Of a stretch of DNA of 64,000 bases, positions 51,177 through 64,000 are shown piece after piece (positions within the stretch are counted from its first letter, which is position 1; each line of letters opens with the position of its first letter). Where the stretch lies: the NCBI GenBank assembly GCA_964057225.1, contig OZ059894.1, forward strand, positions 9,238,001 through 9,302,000. The letters are read 5' to 3'. This DNA is from Auanema rhodensis (Eukaryota; Animalia; Nematoda). The notes beneath the pieces are model-generated. The model was not told the DNA's origin, searched no databases, and was given only the letters and a program-made list of their open reading frames with translations. The position numbers and the translations under genes were made by a program.

Positions 51177-53165
51177 ATGGCTGAAAACTTGCCTATTGAT
51201 ATTCATAGTGGAAAACTTCTAGGTGAGTGTCTTTTCATATTGTGCTTTGATTAGGATAATCAAACCTTTTTAGATTGGCTTCTCAGTCGTAGACATTGTA
51301 ACAAGAATTGGCAAAAGGATGTTCTTCAAATTAGAGAAAAGATTAAGCACGCTATTCAGGTATAACATTGTTGAAATCATGATTACAACCTTCATGATGT
51401 TTTAGGATATGCCAGAAAATGATAGAATTGTCAAGTTATTACAAGGAAGCTGTAGGTTATATTCTAAACGTTTTGAAATTGTTTATCTTATTTAGATATA
51501 AACTATTTTCATTGCGTTGAAATTGTTGAAATCTTAAAAGAAACCGAAAAAGACAGTAAAAATTTCTTGGGTTTCTATTCATCTCAACGAATGAAAGATT
51601 GGCAGGCTCGTTATATTTTATAATTTTATGTAAATGTTGATTTTGTAGGAAATTCAAACACTTTACAAGAAAGAAAATATCTTTCTTGCCGAATCAGCTC
51701 AAATTTTCCAACGTTTAATACAGTATGACATACCAGGATTGAAACGACAAATTACTAAGGCTAACTCTGGTGTAGAGGTTTGTAGCTTCTTAATTATTCT
51801 GTTATTATGATATCTTAGGAGTGTGAGAAAAAGGAAAAGGAATATTTAAGACAAAGTGCTGATGGAAAACGAAATTATGAGAAGGAATTGAAGAGTGTGG
51901 GACTGAAGGTAAACCAGTTATTTCATACTTCTTTTTTTGTTATTTCATGTACTTTTCTAGGGTAAAGCTTTCCGTCAAGAGTTCCTTGAACTTGCTTCTG
52001 ATCTCCCTGCTCTATGCAAATCCTTGTCCAATGATATTGTATCACTTAATGAAGCTTGTCAATACTACAAAAATTTCGGTAAATACATAAATTCGTAAGT
52101 GTTTTGTTTGAAAAATATTTTTAATGTTCTTTCGCTTTAGCGAAAGCAAGATTGAAATATTTCCTCTATTGACATTCTTAAATGAAAAAGGAGTTGATGC
52201 CACTTCATTTGAATGGAAGTACGGTAAAGTTCCAGAACGCGTTGAACCTATTAATTTCGATTTGTTGATCAAGGCTGATACGGTAGAACTTCTTAAAAAC
52301 TGTGAAACATTTGTACTTTCTTATACTATTTAGGAAAACACAGCCGATGACGATGAGATTGATTTTGGAGATGATGATGATATTGATTTTGGAGATGAGG
52401 TTGTCATTGATGTTATTGCTGATGATTCTGGTATTTCTTGAATTTCCTAAAGAAATATAGTATATTTTCAGGTGCTGTTGGTGAGCTTGTAGCTAGAGGA
52501 GAAGATGCCATGACTTTGGTTGAACATCCTGTTAACCAAAAACTTATAAAATCAGAACTTCAAGAACTGTTAAGTTTCTTGTCAATGAGAAAAGAAGATG
52601 AAACTCGGGAAACCGCTGTTGATCTTCTTATTCGTAATATTGAGCAGAGACCCGAAGATATCAGTTCAGTTAACGAAGATAAAATGACAAAATGGATCGA
52701 CAAGATCAACGAGATATTGTTGAAACTAAATAACCCCCAAACTCAGCATTTATTTAAAATTCGCTCTTCACCACAGTAAGCTTTGAGATAGTAACTGTGG
52801 AGCAAAACGTTTTGTCTAATTTCAGATTTGTTGAGAAGCTTGTGTCCGATTTAGAATTAAAACAGAGTGTTGAATCCAGATACAAGAAGTGAGTCTTCAT
52901 CTATGAAAATGTTTTCACAAATCGCTTTAGGATGGCCGAATTGATGGCTGAAAAGCAAGCTGAGCAGCGTCAAGTTATCAGGAATACCAACGAAGAGTTA
53001 AAGAATATAATGGAGAGCACCCGACAATTGCAGAAACAGGTACATTTAGCCTTGTTAAATGATTCTTTTATTGTTTTTTTAAAGCTTGAAACAGAAATTG
53101 GGCTCAAATACAATGGGCGACGTGTGAACATTATGGGTGGTATAAGTTCAGTTTCACTCAATTAA
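51177..53165 (+). CDS. CDK5RAP3: CDK5RAP3/C53 (UFMylation/ER-phagy adaptor)
   Basis: Motifs are LPIDIHSGKLLDWLLSRRHC, IREKIKHAIQDMP, INYFHC, YSSQRMKDWQEI and YDIPGLKRQI. The acidic linker has IDFG repeats (DDDEIDFGDDDDIDFGDE), and the C-terminus is YNGRRVNIMGG. Confidence 0.93.
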
Positions 53166-53362
53166 TGTAATTACCTACTTCTTTTGTGTTTTGGAGGGTT
53201 CTTTTTCTCACAAACTTCTATTTATATATTTATTTATTCTTCGTTCTTGTCTGTGATTTTCTTAAACCTATGTAATAAAGGGATCAAACATTTAAATCAG
53301 CTATTCACGTCATGGCAACTTGTGAGGAAACCATATGGTGTTACACCTAAACTATTTCATTT

Positions 53363-55154
53363 ATGAAGCAGTCGTTCTTCTTACTAAATTGTATGATCAT
53401 AGGTAAGTTGAATGATTATTCATATCTTTGAACTCTTATGATGTTTCAGCATCTGCTACTGAAAATGAATTATTTGAAAGAATTATTAAAAAATATGATA
53501 AAAGTATAAGACCTCAAGTGGACGGTTCTGTTACAGAAATCAGCGTTTATCCAACTTTATTTTACTTATTAACACTTGTAAAAAAAACATTTTTTCTTCC
53601 AAAATTTCTATTGTATCCTGTAGAATGAAGCTGAACAAACAATTAAATTCTCCATTGATTTTACATTTACCTGGTTTGATCCCGTTGCCGCTTGGGACCC
53701 TGTTCAGTACCAGTACAACAGGTTATACTTCGGCTATCAGAAATCAATGAATTTCAAAAAAGTTTCTTTAGTACTTTGAAAATACCGGAATTATTCATTT
53801 GGCAAGCAGATCTTTCAATAACATCAAGGTTTTTATCTACACTTTAGCGTTGTTATGCTCCGAATATTTAGTATTTCTCGAAGAGATCTTATACCGTATG
53901 AGAAACGTATGGTTCAAATATCTCACGAAGGAAAAGTTCTTAAGAGTGGCCCTCAGGTTCAAATTAGTACAGATTTTTTGAATAGAAAAGCTTGATAGGT
54001 TATCATAAATCCGTGTCGGATACAAGTACGAGAATTCCCATTTGATAGACAATCCTGTGAGTTTAAAATAGGGCCTTGGAGTTATATGAATACTGAGGTA
54101 TTAGCTTAATCACAAATAAGAAACTTCCTTTCTTATTTTTTAGGTTATTTTGAAAAAGCTTGATGAAGACTTCCTGCCTTCTTCCGAGTTTCTCGTAATG
54201 GATTTTTCTTCAAATATGGGACTATAGAACAAGCTTTACAGGGAAATTCAGAATGGACTTTCGAGAAGCTGTCTTCCAGAAAGAATGTTGAAGATTTCTA
54301 TGAAGAAGGAGATTATGACGAAGTATTTTCAAACATCTTTAAGTTTTTGATTATATATGTAACATTCAGTTGATCTTCACAGTTCATTTGAAACGTAAAA
54401 ACACTTTCTATGTTTTGGCCATTATTGTTCCAACCTTTACTTGTACAACTTTATGTCTTTTTGGATTCTTTCTGCCCAGTGATATAAGTACATTTCGAAC
54501 CGAAAAAGTTGATTTCTTAACATTTTAAATTTTTTTCATACTACTTATAGCTTAGGCTACGCTTGGAATTTCTTCGTTGTTGGCAATGTCTCTCATTCTA
54601 GAAATGGTGACGGCAAATATGCCGAAAAGTAGTAAACTGCCGTTATTAGGTTAGTATAATTAAAACAATTTAAAATTAATTATTCACATAATTTAGGCTT
54701 TTTCGTTCTTTTCGAAATAATTTTATGTGCTATCGCGATGATTATCTCATGTATTTATTCTATCCTTCATCAACGGTACATATTCATTTTCATTTTTTCA
54801 ATTATCCAAACTTTTCAGAGCTACAACTCGATTATGGCGACCTCCAAAATGGGCGCAAAAGCTATTTCTGTACAGAGGTTATGATAGAAAAATTCGCCAA
54901 CAAGATGCTTGTCTACAAAGCAATGACAGAGAAGAGTTAAGCCAATGTTTAATAATCATTCTGAACCTACTTATGTTTTCAGAAACTCCAAATTAACAAG
55001 TTACATCAAAGTTATTTCATATTTTATTCGTAACTCACTATCGGACGAGAGGTTACACGAGATGTGGAGTAGGATATTTGAACGTTTAGATGTAGGCACA
55101 TTGATTCTATTTCAATTTATCAATATTTTAGCTACACTTATTATTATCATTTAA
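53363..55154 (+). CDS. Cys-loop ligand-gated ion channel subunit (nAChR-like non-alpha / lgc type, probably cation-selective)
   Basis: Signal peptide, then ENELFERIIKKYDKSIRP, W.DP..AWDP, IWQADL and the Cys loop CRIQVREFPFDRQSC. These are followed by GNSEW, M1 FYVLAIIVPTF, EK before M2 (TEK-ATLGISSLLAMSLIL), MPKSSKLPLLG and M4 WSRIFERLD. I see no vicinal Cys pair in loop C. Confidence 0.9.
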
Positions 55155-56128
55155 CTGAAATAATTAAAATTCAAATAAAAAAATTATTTATTCTCCGATT
55201 CAAATATATCGAGTAATTGCAACAATTCGGAGCTAAAGCAATAAAACTATGTGTCCATTTTTCAAAGCTATTGCACTGAAAACGCCAAGTCATTTCAATA
55301 AAATCTTTGTTGTAGAAATATATTTGATATAAATATATATGTATATATATAAGTATATACAATATAAAATAAAAAATATATAAAAACATTTTGAAAATGT
55401 TTTTAATATGTAAAGCCCTGAAATCAGGTTGGTAATGTGGGGTTTGGAAATTAGCTATAGCGTAAATATAGAGATTAAAGCCACAGTTCAGTATTCACTA
55501 GAGAGAAGGTGTTAAAATCCAGATTGCAATTCAGAAATTGAAAAGCTTACAGAATTTAGAAATAAGGCAGAGTTAAATCTTGACAACCATTTTCTCATGA
55601 ACATCCAAATTACCGACTACCTGAAAAAAGAGATGAGATTGACTAATTTCAAAATATCGACGGGGACTCTGCTAAATTAGTATCGGGACTATTATTCGGA
55701 ACTGGACAAATCTACCATGAAGATGTGAGGCAAATACAGTGACATCTCTCACCTTCGGTATGTGTATGTATTAATGATAATGATGATGATGATGACGATA
55801 ACTATAGCTTTCCATTAACTATGTGGCAGTGATGAGTGCACATACCATGTAAAGTCAACAAGATGTGAATAATACACAATAAACAATGTAATTGATGTTG
55901 AAATTTATGCACAAAAGTAGTAATTCACACTTGGCGAGCAATGAACGGTGCATAATAAGCAAGATGGTTGTTGTAGGACAGAATATACATAAATATTAAT
56001 GAACATTTGAGTACGATACTCTTTTTTTTTCGACTAGTAGTTTTGGAAATGGGCCAAACATAAATCACAGAAAGAGAGAGAGAAAAGAAGGGAGAGGGGA
56101 CCTTATAAAAAGATGGTGAAAGAGTCAA

Positions 56129-56168
56129 AGAGAGAGAGAGAGAGAGCGAGAGAGCGAGAGAGAGAGAG
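56129..56168. repeat. Imperfect (GA)n microsatellite
   Basis: AG run with GC interruptions. Confidence 0.8.
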
Positions 56169-56464
56169 CTGCGAAGAAATGGGAATGGAGCGAAATACAA
56201 CCGCTCTGCGTCTCCACCACAGGGAGAAATGAACGTTCAACTATTAAGCGGTAATGGTCACGTGACTAGCTCACGTGAAGTAACAACTTTTTGAAAGCCT
56301 TACACTCATTGAACTAAACGGAGCGAGAATTCTGCTAACGGGGAGGGACAGACATATTTTGCTTGAATTGAGGCTGAGAAGAAGGACCGAATGTTTCCAA
56401 TATGTGATATAGAAATTTTGAGAGACTACATTCTGCCTCTATTCTCAATTGAAAATACAAGAAA

Positions 56465-57739
56465 TTATATATTCTCGAGAACCATCTTCTTATGAACTTC
56501 CGTGTGCTCCACTACCTAAACATGGCGACTTTGCTTGTTATAATTGTGACAAATTTAAATGCACGCGAGAGAGACAGCTCCCACACAAATAAAAAGCTTT
56601 AAAACTGATAGAACATGCTGGTCATGCTTAAACATCATGCACGTGAAATGATAAGAATACAGTGAGCAGGCAGAGAAGTAGGAGTTATATGAATGAAGAT
56701 TTGAAAGATTTGAAATTTCTTGTTTTTGAGCATTCTCTTGTCAAACTTCAAGCATGCTAGACGCAAACATTGACTCCTTGACTAATAATAGAGCTACATT
56801 CCATTATTTTGTGTGCAAGATTATAAGTTCACAAAAAGGAAAACGAAATAAAAATTTAGTTAAAGTAACTCACATCACAGAATTCTTGAAATGAAATCTT
56901 TCCATCTCCATCTTTGTCGTGAAAAAGAATAGTCTTATCCACAATTTGTTGAAGCTGGGAATCTTTAAGATTATTCCCAACCATCATTTTGAGAACCTTA
57001 AAGTAAAGCTTTACATTACGCACATTCTTTTGAAAGAAATAATCAAACCTGGAAAAGCTCTCCATTAGAAATATATCCATCTCTATCCATATCATAAATA
57101 CGAAAAGCAACTAAAATAGCAAAATAACATTGATAAATCATTTTTTCTACAAATACACTCACATTTCAGTTTGATAGTCTTATCACCTTTAACACTAAAT
57201 TGAGAAATTCCTTGTATGAACTCTGTGAAACGAATTAGTTAGTTGAAAAGCCTAATCGAAGAAAGTATATAGTTACCTCTGAAATCTACTTCACCATTGC
57301 CATCTTCATCGAAGATATCGATTACCCTTTGAACAAGAGGATTCTGTTGCAATTCAGGAAGAGACATGAATTCCTAAAAGACCTCTCTCCCATCAAAAAA
57401 TTAATTTTTCAACAGCTTACCTCAACAGAAAGAGAACCAGATCCATCAATATCAAGCTTCTTAAAGCGTCTAGCAAGACGACGAAGTTCGTAAGCGTCAA
57501 CTTAAAAGAAACATGAAAACAATAGACAATATGAAATAAAAAATTTTCTGCTAAGAAATGGCAAAAAAATTTTAGAAGTCACCAAAAAAACTTACAATTG
57601 CTGCACATTTCGATAGGAAGAGAGCTTTCGTTACCCTGAAAAGAAATTTTAAATTCAAAATATGAAGGTTGAATAATGTCAATATGTATGCAAGTTATTC
57701 CTCCCATATAGAAATAATAATTGTGCAAATACTTACCAT
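56465..57739 (-). CDS. cnb-1: Calcineurin regulatory subunit B
   Basis: The first coding exon is ATG only, followed by [14 protein letters not shown] (myristoylation Gly2). Four EF hands follow ([49 protein letters not shown]), along with [22 protein letters not shown]. The protein ends [10 protein letters not shown]. Confidence 0.96.
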
Positions 57740-59852
57740 TTTTAAAGAAGTTAGAGTATAATAGACGAATAAAAAGTACTAAGAACTGAGTGAGGTTGAG
57801 CAGGAAAGTCAATCCTAACAAACCGGGGAGAAGTCTGAAAAGAAAATAGATTTATATATACGATCGATAACATCTCCAATTACAAAAACTAGATTTTAAT
57901 AGTTTAATTACAGTAGAGAAACTACAAACGAAACATAAAGTAAGCTCCCGGAGGAAGCTTGCTCAGTTGATAGTGGTGGATGAGTGCCGGCTGCTGCGCC
58001 CTGCGATCAATACGCAGCCGCAACGCGCCGTCAATACATAAAATACTTCTTTCACTTGTTGTAAGGATGCAATATTGAAATAATGAATGGTAAAATTTGA
58101 TAAAAAGTGAAAATTGAGTCTCAAAAGTCAGGTTTGGAAAGAAAAAATGCTGAAAGATGAAAAACAAATCTTTATGGTTTGATGAAACAAAGAAAGCTTT
58201 TTATTTGCTTTTGAGGTGGAAAAGAGAGAAGTTATAGCCGAAATCGTAGTATGAAATGAGGCGAAGCTTGTATATGGATGTGAATGTTGTCTTTACTCCA
58301 TGACAACCACTTAGCTTAGCTGCGATAAGAACATATATTCTTGAAAAGCTTCATATTGCTAAGATAGGATGATAAATCTCTATCTAATTGAAGCAGTTAC
58401 GAATGTGTTTTAACAGGAAAAGAAGAAACAATAGTACATAAGAAAAGGGAAAAGCTTATAAGAAAACGTCATTTGTGGCTGAAAGTCATAAATCGTTAAC
58501 TTAGTGTTCATTTTTAATTTTGATATTTCTTATCAAAAAGAGCAAGAATACGTATGAAAAAGACGAAGAATAAGAAAAAGATGTAAAGCTCAATGAAAGA
58601 CTATTCATATATACGAGAGGAAAAAGATGATATTTATCAAATGTTACTGATTATCTACATAAAAAGAAAATCAATGCTATTGCTTTACAACAGATAGACC
58701 ACAACATGGCATTGTTGAATCGAATCAGAAACATCTGCCAACTACCCTCTACACTCACATGTGAGAATCAAATTTTTTCTTTAAACGAAAATAATTTATG
58801 ATAAGTTTCTTAGAAAAAAGAAAGAAAGAAAGAAAGGGAAGTAATTGCTACTACTGTTCTTCTTTATATTTTTATTTTCCTTTTTGTTAAAACAAAAGAT
58901 GTTGTTTATGATATAAATACTGATAACTATTTACGAAAAAAAGCAACCGATCGACTGAGAAACAAGATGAAAAATAAAAAAAAATGATTACATACACGTA
59001 AGTATGTACAGCTGAATAACCGGTAACTGGACAAGAGATGACAGGGAAAAAAACGTGAGTGCACAGCACTTTGTGAAATTATATTTATAATTTCTTTTCC
59101 ATAAAAGAAATAGTATTTTGGATTCCAATTATATTCTGCAACTTGTTCTGCATAACTTCGGAAAAAGTAATAAACTATGCTTATGTGGTAATTGAAACGC
59201 ATAGTCATTATATGTACCTTATTTCAAATTCAAATATTAGTTTGGCTTCTCTCAAACTACTTTTCCACAGCACAAAAAGCACATACATACATATCAACTT
59301 AAGTGAGTTGAGACATTGCTTAGCTAGTGAATAGCATTTAATTCTTGTTGCCTTTTCTTCTATGTTCTTCAGATGAAATTCTCATTTGCGATAAAAACTT
59401 TTCATAATTGACTACACTACAAACTTAAATGTGATAGTTAACAGCTCTCCATCTGTAAATCTAAGTTAAGAAGCCGATTTACTTTAATATGAACGAGCTT
59501 GAGTGATCAGATTAAATTTCCAGCTGACACCTCAGATGTAGCTGCTGCTCCCGGAAATTGCGACATTGTGACTGAATTGGTTTGATTTTGAAAATATTAA
59601 ATAAAAAATTATATTTTCTAGTTAGTTCTAATATAGTTTATCATGTGTTCATGTCCCTTCTTGATTAAGCTTCAGTCACTTTTACAACGAAAGACGAATT
59701 TCTCATGTTGGTCAAACAACAAAATTTGCAAATTACAATTTTAGTTTTGTTTTTCTTAAGATCTGACTGAAACAGAAGCATCAGTTGATTGAGAACAAGC
59801 AACAGCCAAGTAATCATTCAACTGCCCTTATTCAGGAAAGAAAAATTGTCAA

Positions 59853-59970
<118 letters not shown>

Positions 59971-61356
59971 AGAGAGATCTCAATACTATGAAGAATGGCT
60001 GTTAAAAAGGCAATTTCAGTGACCCTCACAGCAGCCTACCAAATGTAAAGATATTGTCAAAAACATAAGAAAGCTGTTGTACTATTTTGATTTAAGATTA
60101 TGAATGCCAACTAAGCTATATTGGATCAAAAGTTCTAAACTTTACTTGGTTTCATGTCCATGTTCAACATAAAAATGTGTGCTCATGTCGAAAAACCTAA
60201 CATCATTCATGAAAATGGTTGAAGCTTTTTACCGGCTTAACTATTCTTTGTTTCTACATCCATTATCCTGATAGCCAATTGGTGTCTCATTAGTCTCTCT
60301 AAGCCAATTCAACTTCAAAATGAATTTCAAGTAATATTTCCAACATTTGGCTCTCATCAGCATATGGTCACGAAAGCCAACGTTAAAGCTTAGGTTGTCC
60401 AAATCAACTAATATTCTACTGTTCGGTCGTTCTATTTCTGTGAATTTCTCTATGTTGTCCCCTCGTTTAATGACTTCTCCTTCTCAAATCTCTTTTATAT
60501 TTTGTAGAAATTCTCCCTATCCGTTTCTATTATCGTTTCTTAAAATTCCGTGAAACGAAGAAAGAGCATGACGATGATAGTTCCATAATCCATATACTAT
60601 GTTTATTCGAAGTGTTAATGTTTGTTTTCTGAGAATTTTTGTCCTATGGTCATATACACTGGACAGTTTTATACTCAAAGGTATATGAACATGTTTTGTC
60701 GTCTTTGAAAAACAATTGTACGATGCTTTCTGTTATCTCAGTATATTTAAAAGTTCTGTTCCGTAGATCACGTAAAGCTTTGCATCGCACATCATATAGC
60801 TCTATAGTATGACCACATTTTTCATCTTTTCATGCCTTTTCAACCTTTTTAAGCTTAGTTTCATGCTCGATAGATAAAGCTGTCAGGTCCATCAATTAAT
60901 TCATTCAACCAAATCCTTTGATAAGCTTCAGACTACTTCAGCTCAAAGAATGTCTATAATCTCAATTCTGATAGTTGTATGATGATCAAGGCTTATCTCA
61001 CATTTTCACGGTTCACACAAGTCCGTAATCTACAACATCCAGGAACTTGTGATGTGTTCTCATTATCTCATTTGTTTTTTTTATTTCCTTCCTTCTAAAA
61101 GCAAATATTTGGGACATTTTTTTACCGAAATGACATATATCATTTTCCAATTTCACCATCTGATTTTACCTAAAATGCTTTCTTAAAAGAAACCAAATAT
61201 CAAGTATTTTGTTTCGATGAGAAATGTGAAATTGGAAGACAATTCACTGTTAAAAGATTTCTTATACAAGTATGTTGCCAATATGGTTTTCCCAAATTGT
61301 TCTGTAGCAAAATACGTATAAAGCATCGTTTATTTTGAAGACAAGAAGATAAAGAT

Positions 61357-61358
<2 letters not shown>

Positions 61359-61404
<46 letters not shown>
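61359..61404. repeat. (GA)n microsatellite
   Basis: AG run visible directly. Confidence 0.9.
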
Positions 61405-61405
<1 letters not shown>

Positions 61406-61771
61406 AGGGAGGTTTGATAGAAAGCATTTTTTTGCTGCTTGAAGTTATTTTCTTTTAAATATATGAATGAATCAAACGGCTGCTAGTCAAATAGTCAGTA
61501 TCATCATCCATATTTTCACTCCGTGACATCGTTTTTCTGTTTCGTTTTGATAATTCATATAGTACATTGTTATGTATATTATATGTACATATATGTATAT
61601 TTAGATGAATTAGTCTGAAAAGATCAAATAGTGTTTAGTCATGTTCAATTGATTATCCATTTTTTAAAATTTTAAATAATATATTTAACTCTTAATTATA
61701 TAAATATAAGATTATATATCAAAAGTACCGCCTTCTTTTAGCTATCTTGCTTGCCCCTCCCCCCTCCCCCG

Positions 61772-61808
<37 letters not shown>
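61772..61808. repeat. (CT)n microsatellite preceded by a C-rich tract
   Basis: CT run visible directly. Confidence 0.9.
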
Positions 61809-61811
<3 letters not shown>

Positions 61812-63093
61812 ACATGTACATATACAGCTTTCTTTTTAAATGAGCATAATATCATAGATAACACAACATCTTTTTTTTTTTGAATCTGATTTATTTTGTT
61901 TAAAAGAGTGATTAATTGAGGAAAACAATTGTGAATAACTAGGCTTTAAGTGACATTTTTCGGGCAGTTTCATCGACAAACTAATCCTACATTACCCCCG
62001 CCCGAAATAGTAGCGAAGCAAGTTTTTGAAACTTAAAAATGTTTTGTTTATTTTCTATTCGCAGATCAAAAATATCATGTCTTTGTCCATTGATGCAACA
62101 ACAACAAAAAAAAACAATTCTTAGTTATTCTTCAGGATTTTGTTCAGAAGTTCTTCAGAATATCTCGAACAAAATGTATGTGTGGCTAAGTTTTGAACCT
62201 GCTACTAGTTGTTGTTCTTATAATTTTTCTAATTTACCTCCGATTTTCCGAAATTTCCGATGAAATATGTTAAAATAGAAACATTTTGTTTGTGGTAGCT
62301 CATTTCAAATTTCTAATTGTAGTTTGACCTCGTATTACACACAATTCCTTACTTACCTATTCATATTAATTTACAATTTTTCTATAAAAGGTATGCGTAC
62401 AACTGAAATAACAATAATATTTTTTTCGTTTAACTATGTAATTTTTCATCCTTTATATGGAAATTTGTATTTTTCTAATAGTTTATATTTCACTTTTCTA
62501 TTTCCTTGTCTGTCGTACTTCATGAATCCTAATATCCCCCCCCCCTTACTTTCCTCAACTCTCTGTCTTTCATTCTGTTTCAACAAACACACTTTGTTGA
62601 AAAAACTTCCTCACCTTCAATTCGGAATGTAGTTTGTCATTTTCTCGTTTTCTCCCAAAATCTTATAGAATAGCTCTAGTTCATCATGTTCATGAGGCAG
62701 TATCAAATCATCAAATTTGCAGCTTCAAACGAAAAATCTTACCAAATGGGGCTTTACACAAGATTTTTGTAATACGATATTCTTAACGAAATGATGAATG
62801 AATCACATGACGAGGGTGTTAGCAAGTACATATACATATATGTAGCATAGAGACGTAAGATCAAATACAAGCATTATTCGGATTTTCATGTATTTTTACT
62901 TGAATTAGTAATTATTCTAAAAATACTTTTGGTAATAGGATCGAAAAATCTTATTCAATTTCGTTAGTCATAAAAAAAGTTTCTATGGAAGAAGACTATT
63001 CGAGATTGGCAATTGAGCTGAAGCTGAAGCCCTTTCGAAGATATCTCCATCTGCTAAACAGCACTAGGGATCACACTTTGATATTTCTTTGTT

Positions 63094-63166
63094 CCCCTCC
63101 CCCTCTTTCTCTTGCTCCCTCCTTCTTCCTCCTCCTCCTCCTCCTTTCTCTCTCTCTCTCTCTCTT
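63094..63166. repeat. Polypyrimidine (CCT)n/(CT)n tract
   Basis: CCT then CT runs visible directly. Confidence 0.8.
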
Positions 63167-64000
63167 TCAATCATTCACTCTTATCTTCAAATTCAAGCAA
63201 AAAAAAACTTCCGCTATTTGAAAGACGTAAGATGTATATAGTTGGAAAAGAACAGAATGATTAATAATCCAAAACTAGCAAACTTACATCCGTATACAAC
63301 TATAGCTTCTGAGGAGATGATCAGATGTCACAAGTAACATTTGACCATGTTCCAAGCGTGCTGGTTGCTCATTTCCCACTTATCCAGATAGAGTCTGCAT
63401 GGAAAAGCCTATGTTTAAAACGAGTCAAACATCTAAGAAACAACATATCTAACAACGCAATTGGTTGTGTTGTCTCCAATTTCTCCCAAATGTGTTGGTG
63501 TCATGCATTCGTCGTCTGTTACGTAGTTGAATGACGTATAAACGGGTTTTTTACGTGGAAAAAAATTATTATTTTGTTTCCAAAGTTAAACCTACTGAAC
63601 GGTTGAATGATCGTTTCGTTCTGTTGTATGAGCATTATCTCTCATTTCCCGTCTACCATCAGCTGGCATTGAATCAAATCTCTACCTTGTGCATACTTCA
63701 TGGAATCATTGCAACATTCTCTTCTCAATGCTACATCCTCTTACTCTTCTCAGATTCCAGACAATATTTCGATATTTGATACTTCACCGAGATTACTTGG
63801 TATCAAATAAGTTTATCCTTATTTGAAATATTCCTCTCCTCCCTCATCCAACACACTCATACACACCGACGCCCCCACATACTACATACATATCATTCAA
63901 AGTTTTTGTCTTTCATCATAACGTTTATCTTTTCGCTTCATCTAGTGTAAACTGTGCCTTGTCTCCAGCTTCATCTATCACATATTCTGATGACTGTCTT

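Noticed and set aside
54552-54557. Isolated TTAGGC telomere hexamer
   Set aside because: It is a single copy overlapping a splice acceptor and expected by chance. I saw no telomeric tract in the window.

Overview
AT-rich eukaryotic genomic DNA, most likely from a rhabditid-type nematode. The basis is ~40-50 nt GT-AG introns with TTTCAG-type acceptors, a ground-like domain gene and a nematode-style tRNA-Phe. The window has two sharply separated parts. (1) Bases 1 to ~17,030 are a tandem array of a 264-bp unit, cut off by the left edge. Each unit carries one minus-strand tRNA-Phe(GAA) gene with its own TTTT terminator. I count 64 tRNA copies, with higher-order block duplications, a tRNA variant that has spread to several copies, and a degenerate right edge. 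(2) From ~17,100 to 58,000 is a compact intron-rich gene region. In order: a PKDCC/VLK-like secretory-pathway kinase abutting the array (only fragments appear in the ORF track), memo-1, a ground-like (hedgehog-related) gene, a small secreted WAP-domain gene, a ~15-kb Bark beetle/Anakonda-like membrane protein gene with an intronic tRNA-Ala(AGC), a possible single-TM microprotein, vps-39 head-to-head with CDK5RAP3, a Cys-loop ion channel subunit and calcineurin B. The last ~6 kb has no gene I can support and contains GA/CT microsatellites. The most striking object is the tRNA-Phe satellite. Gene models were spliced by eye, so gene spans are more reliable than internal exon boundaries. Family assignments rest on remembered motifs, not on database searches.
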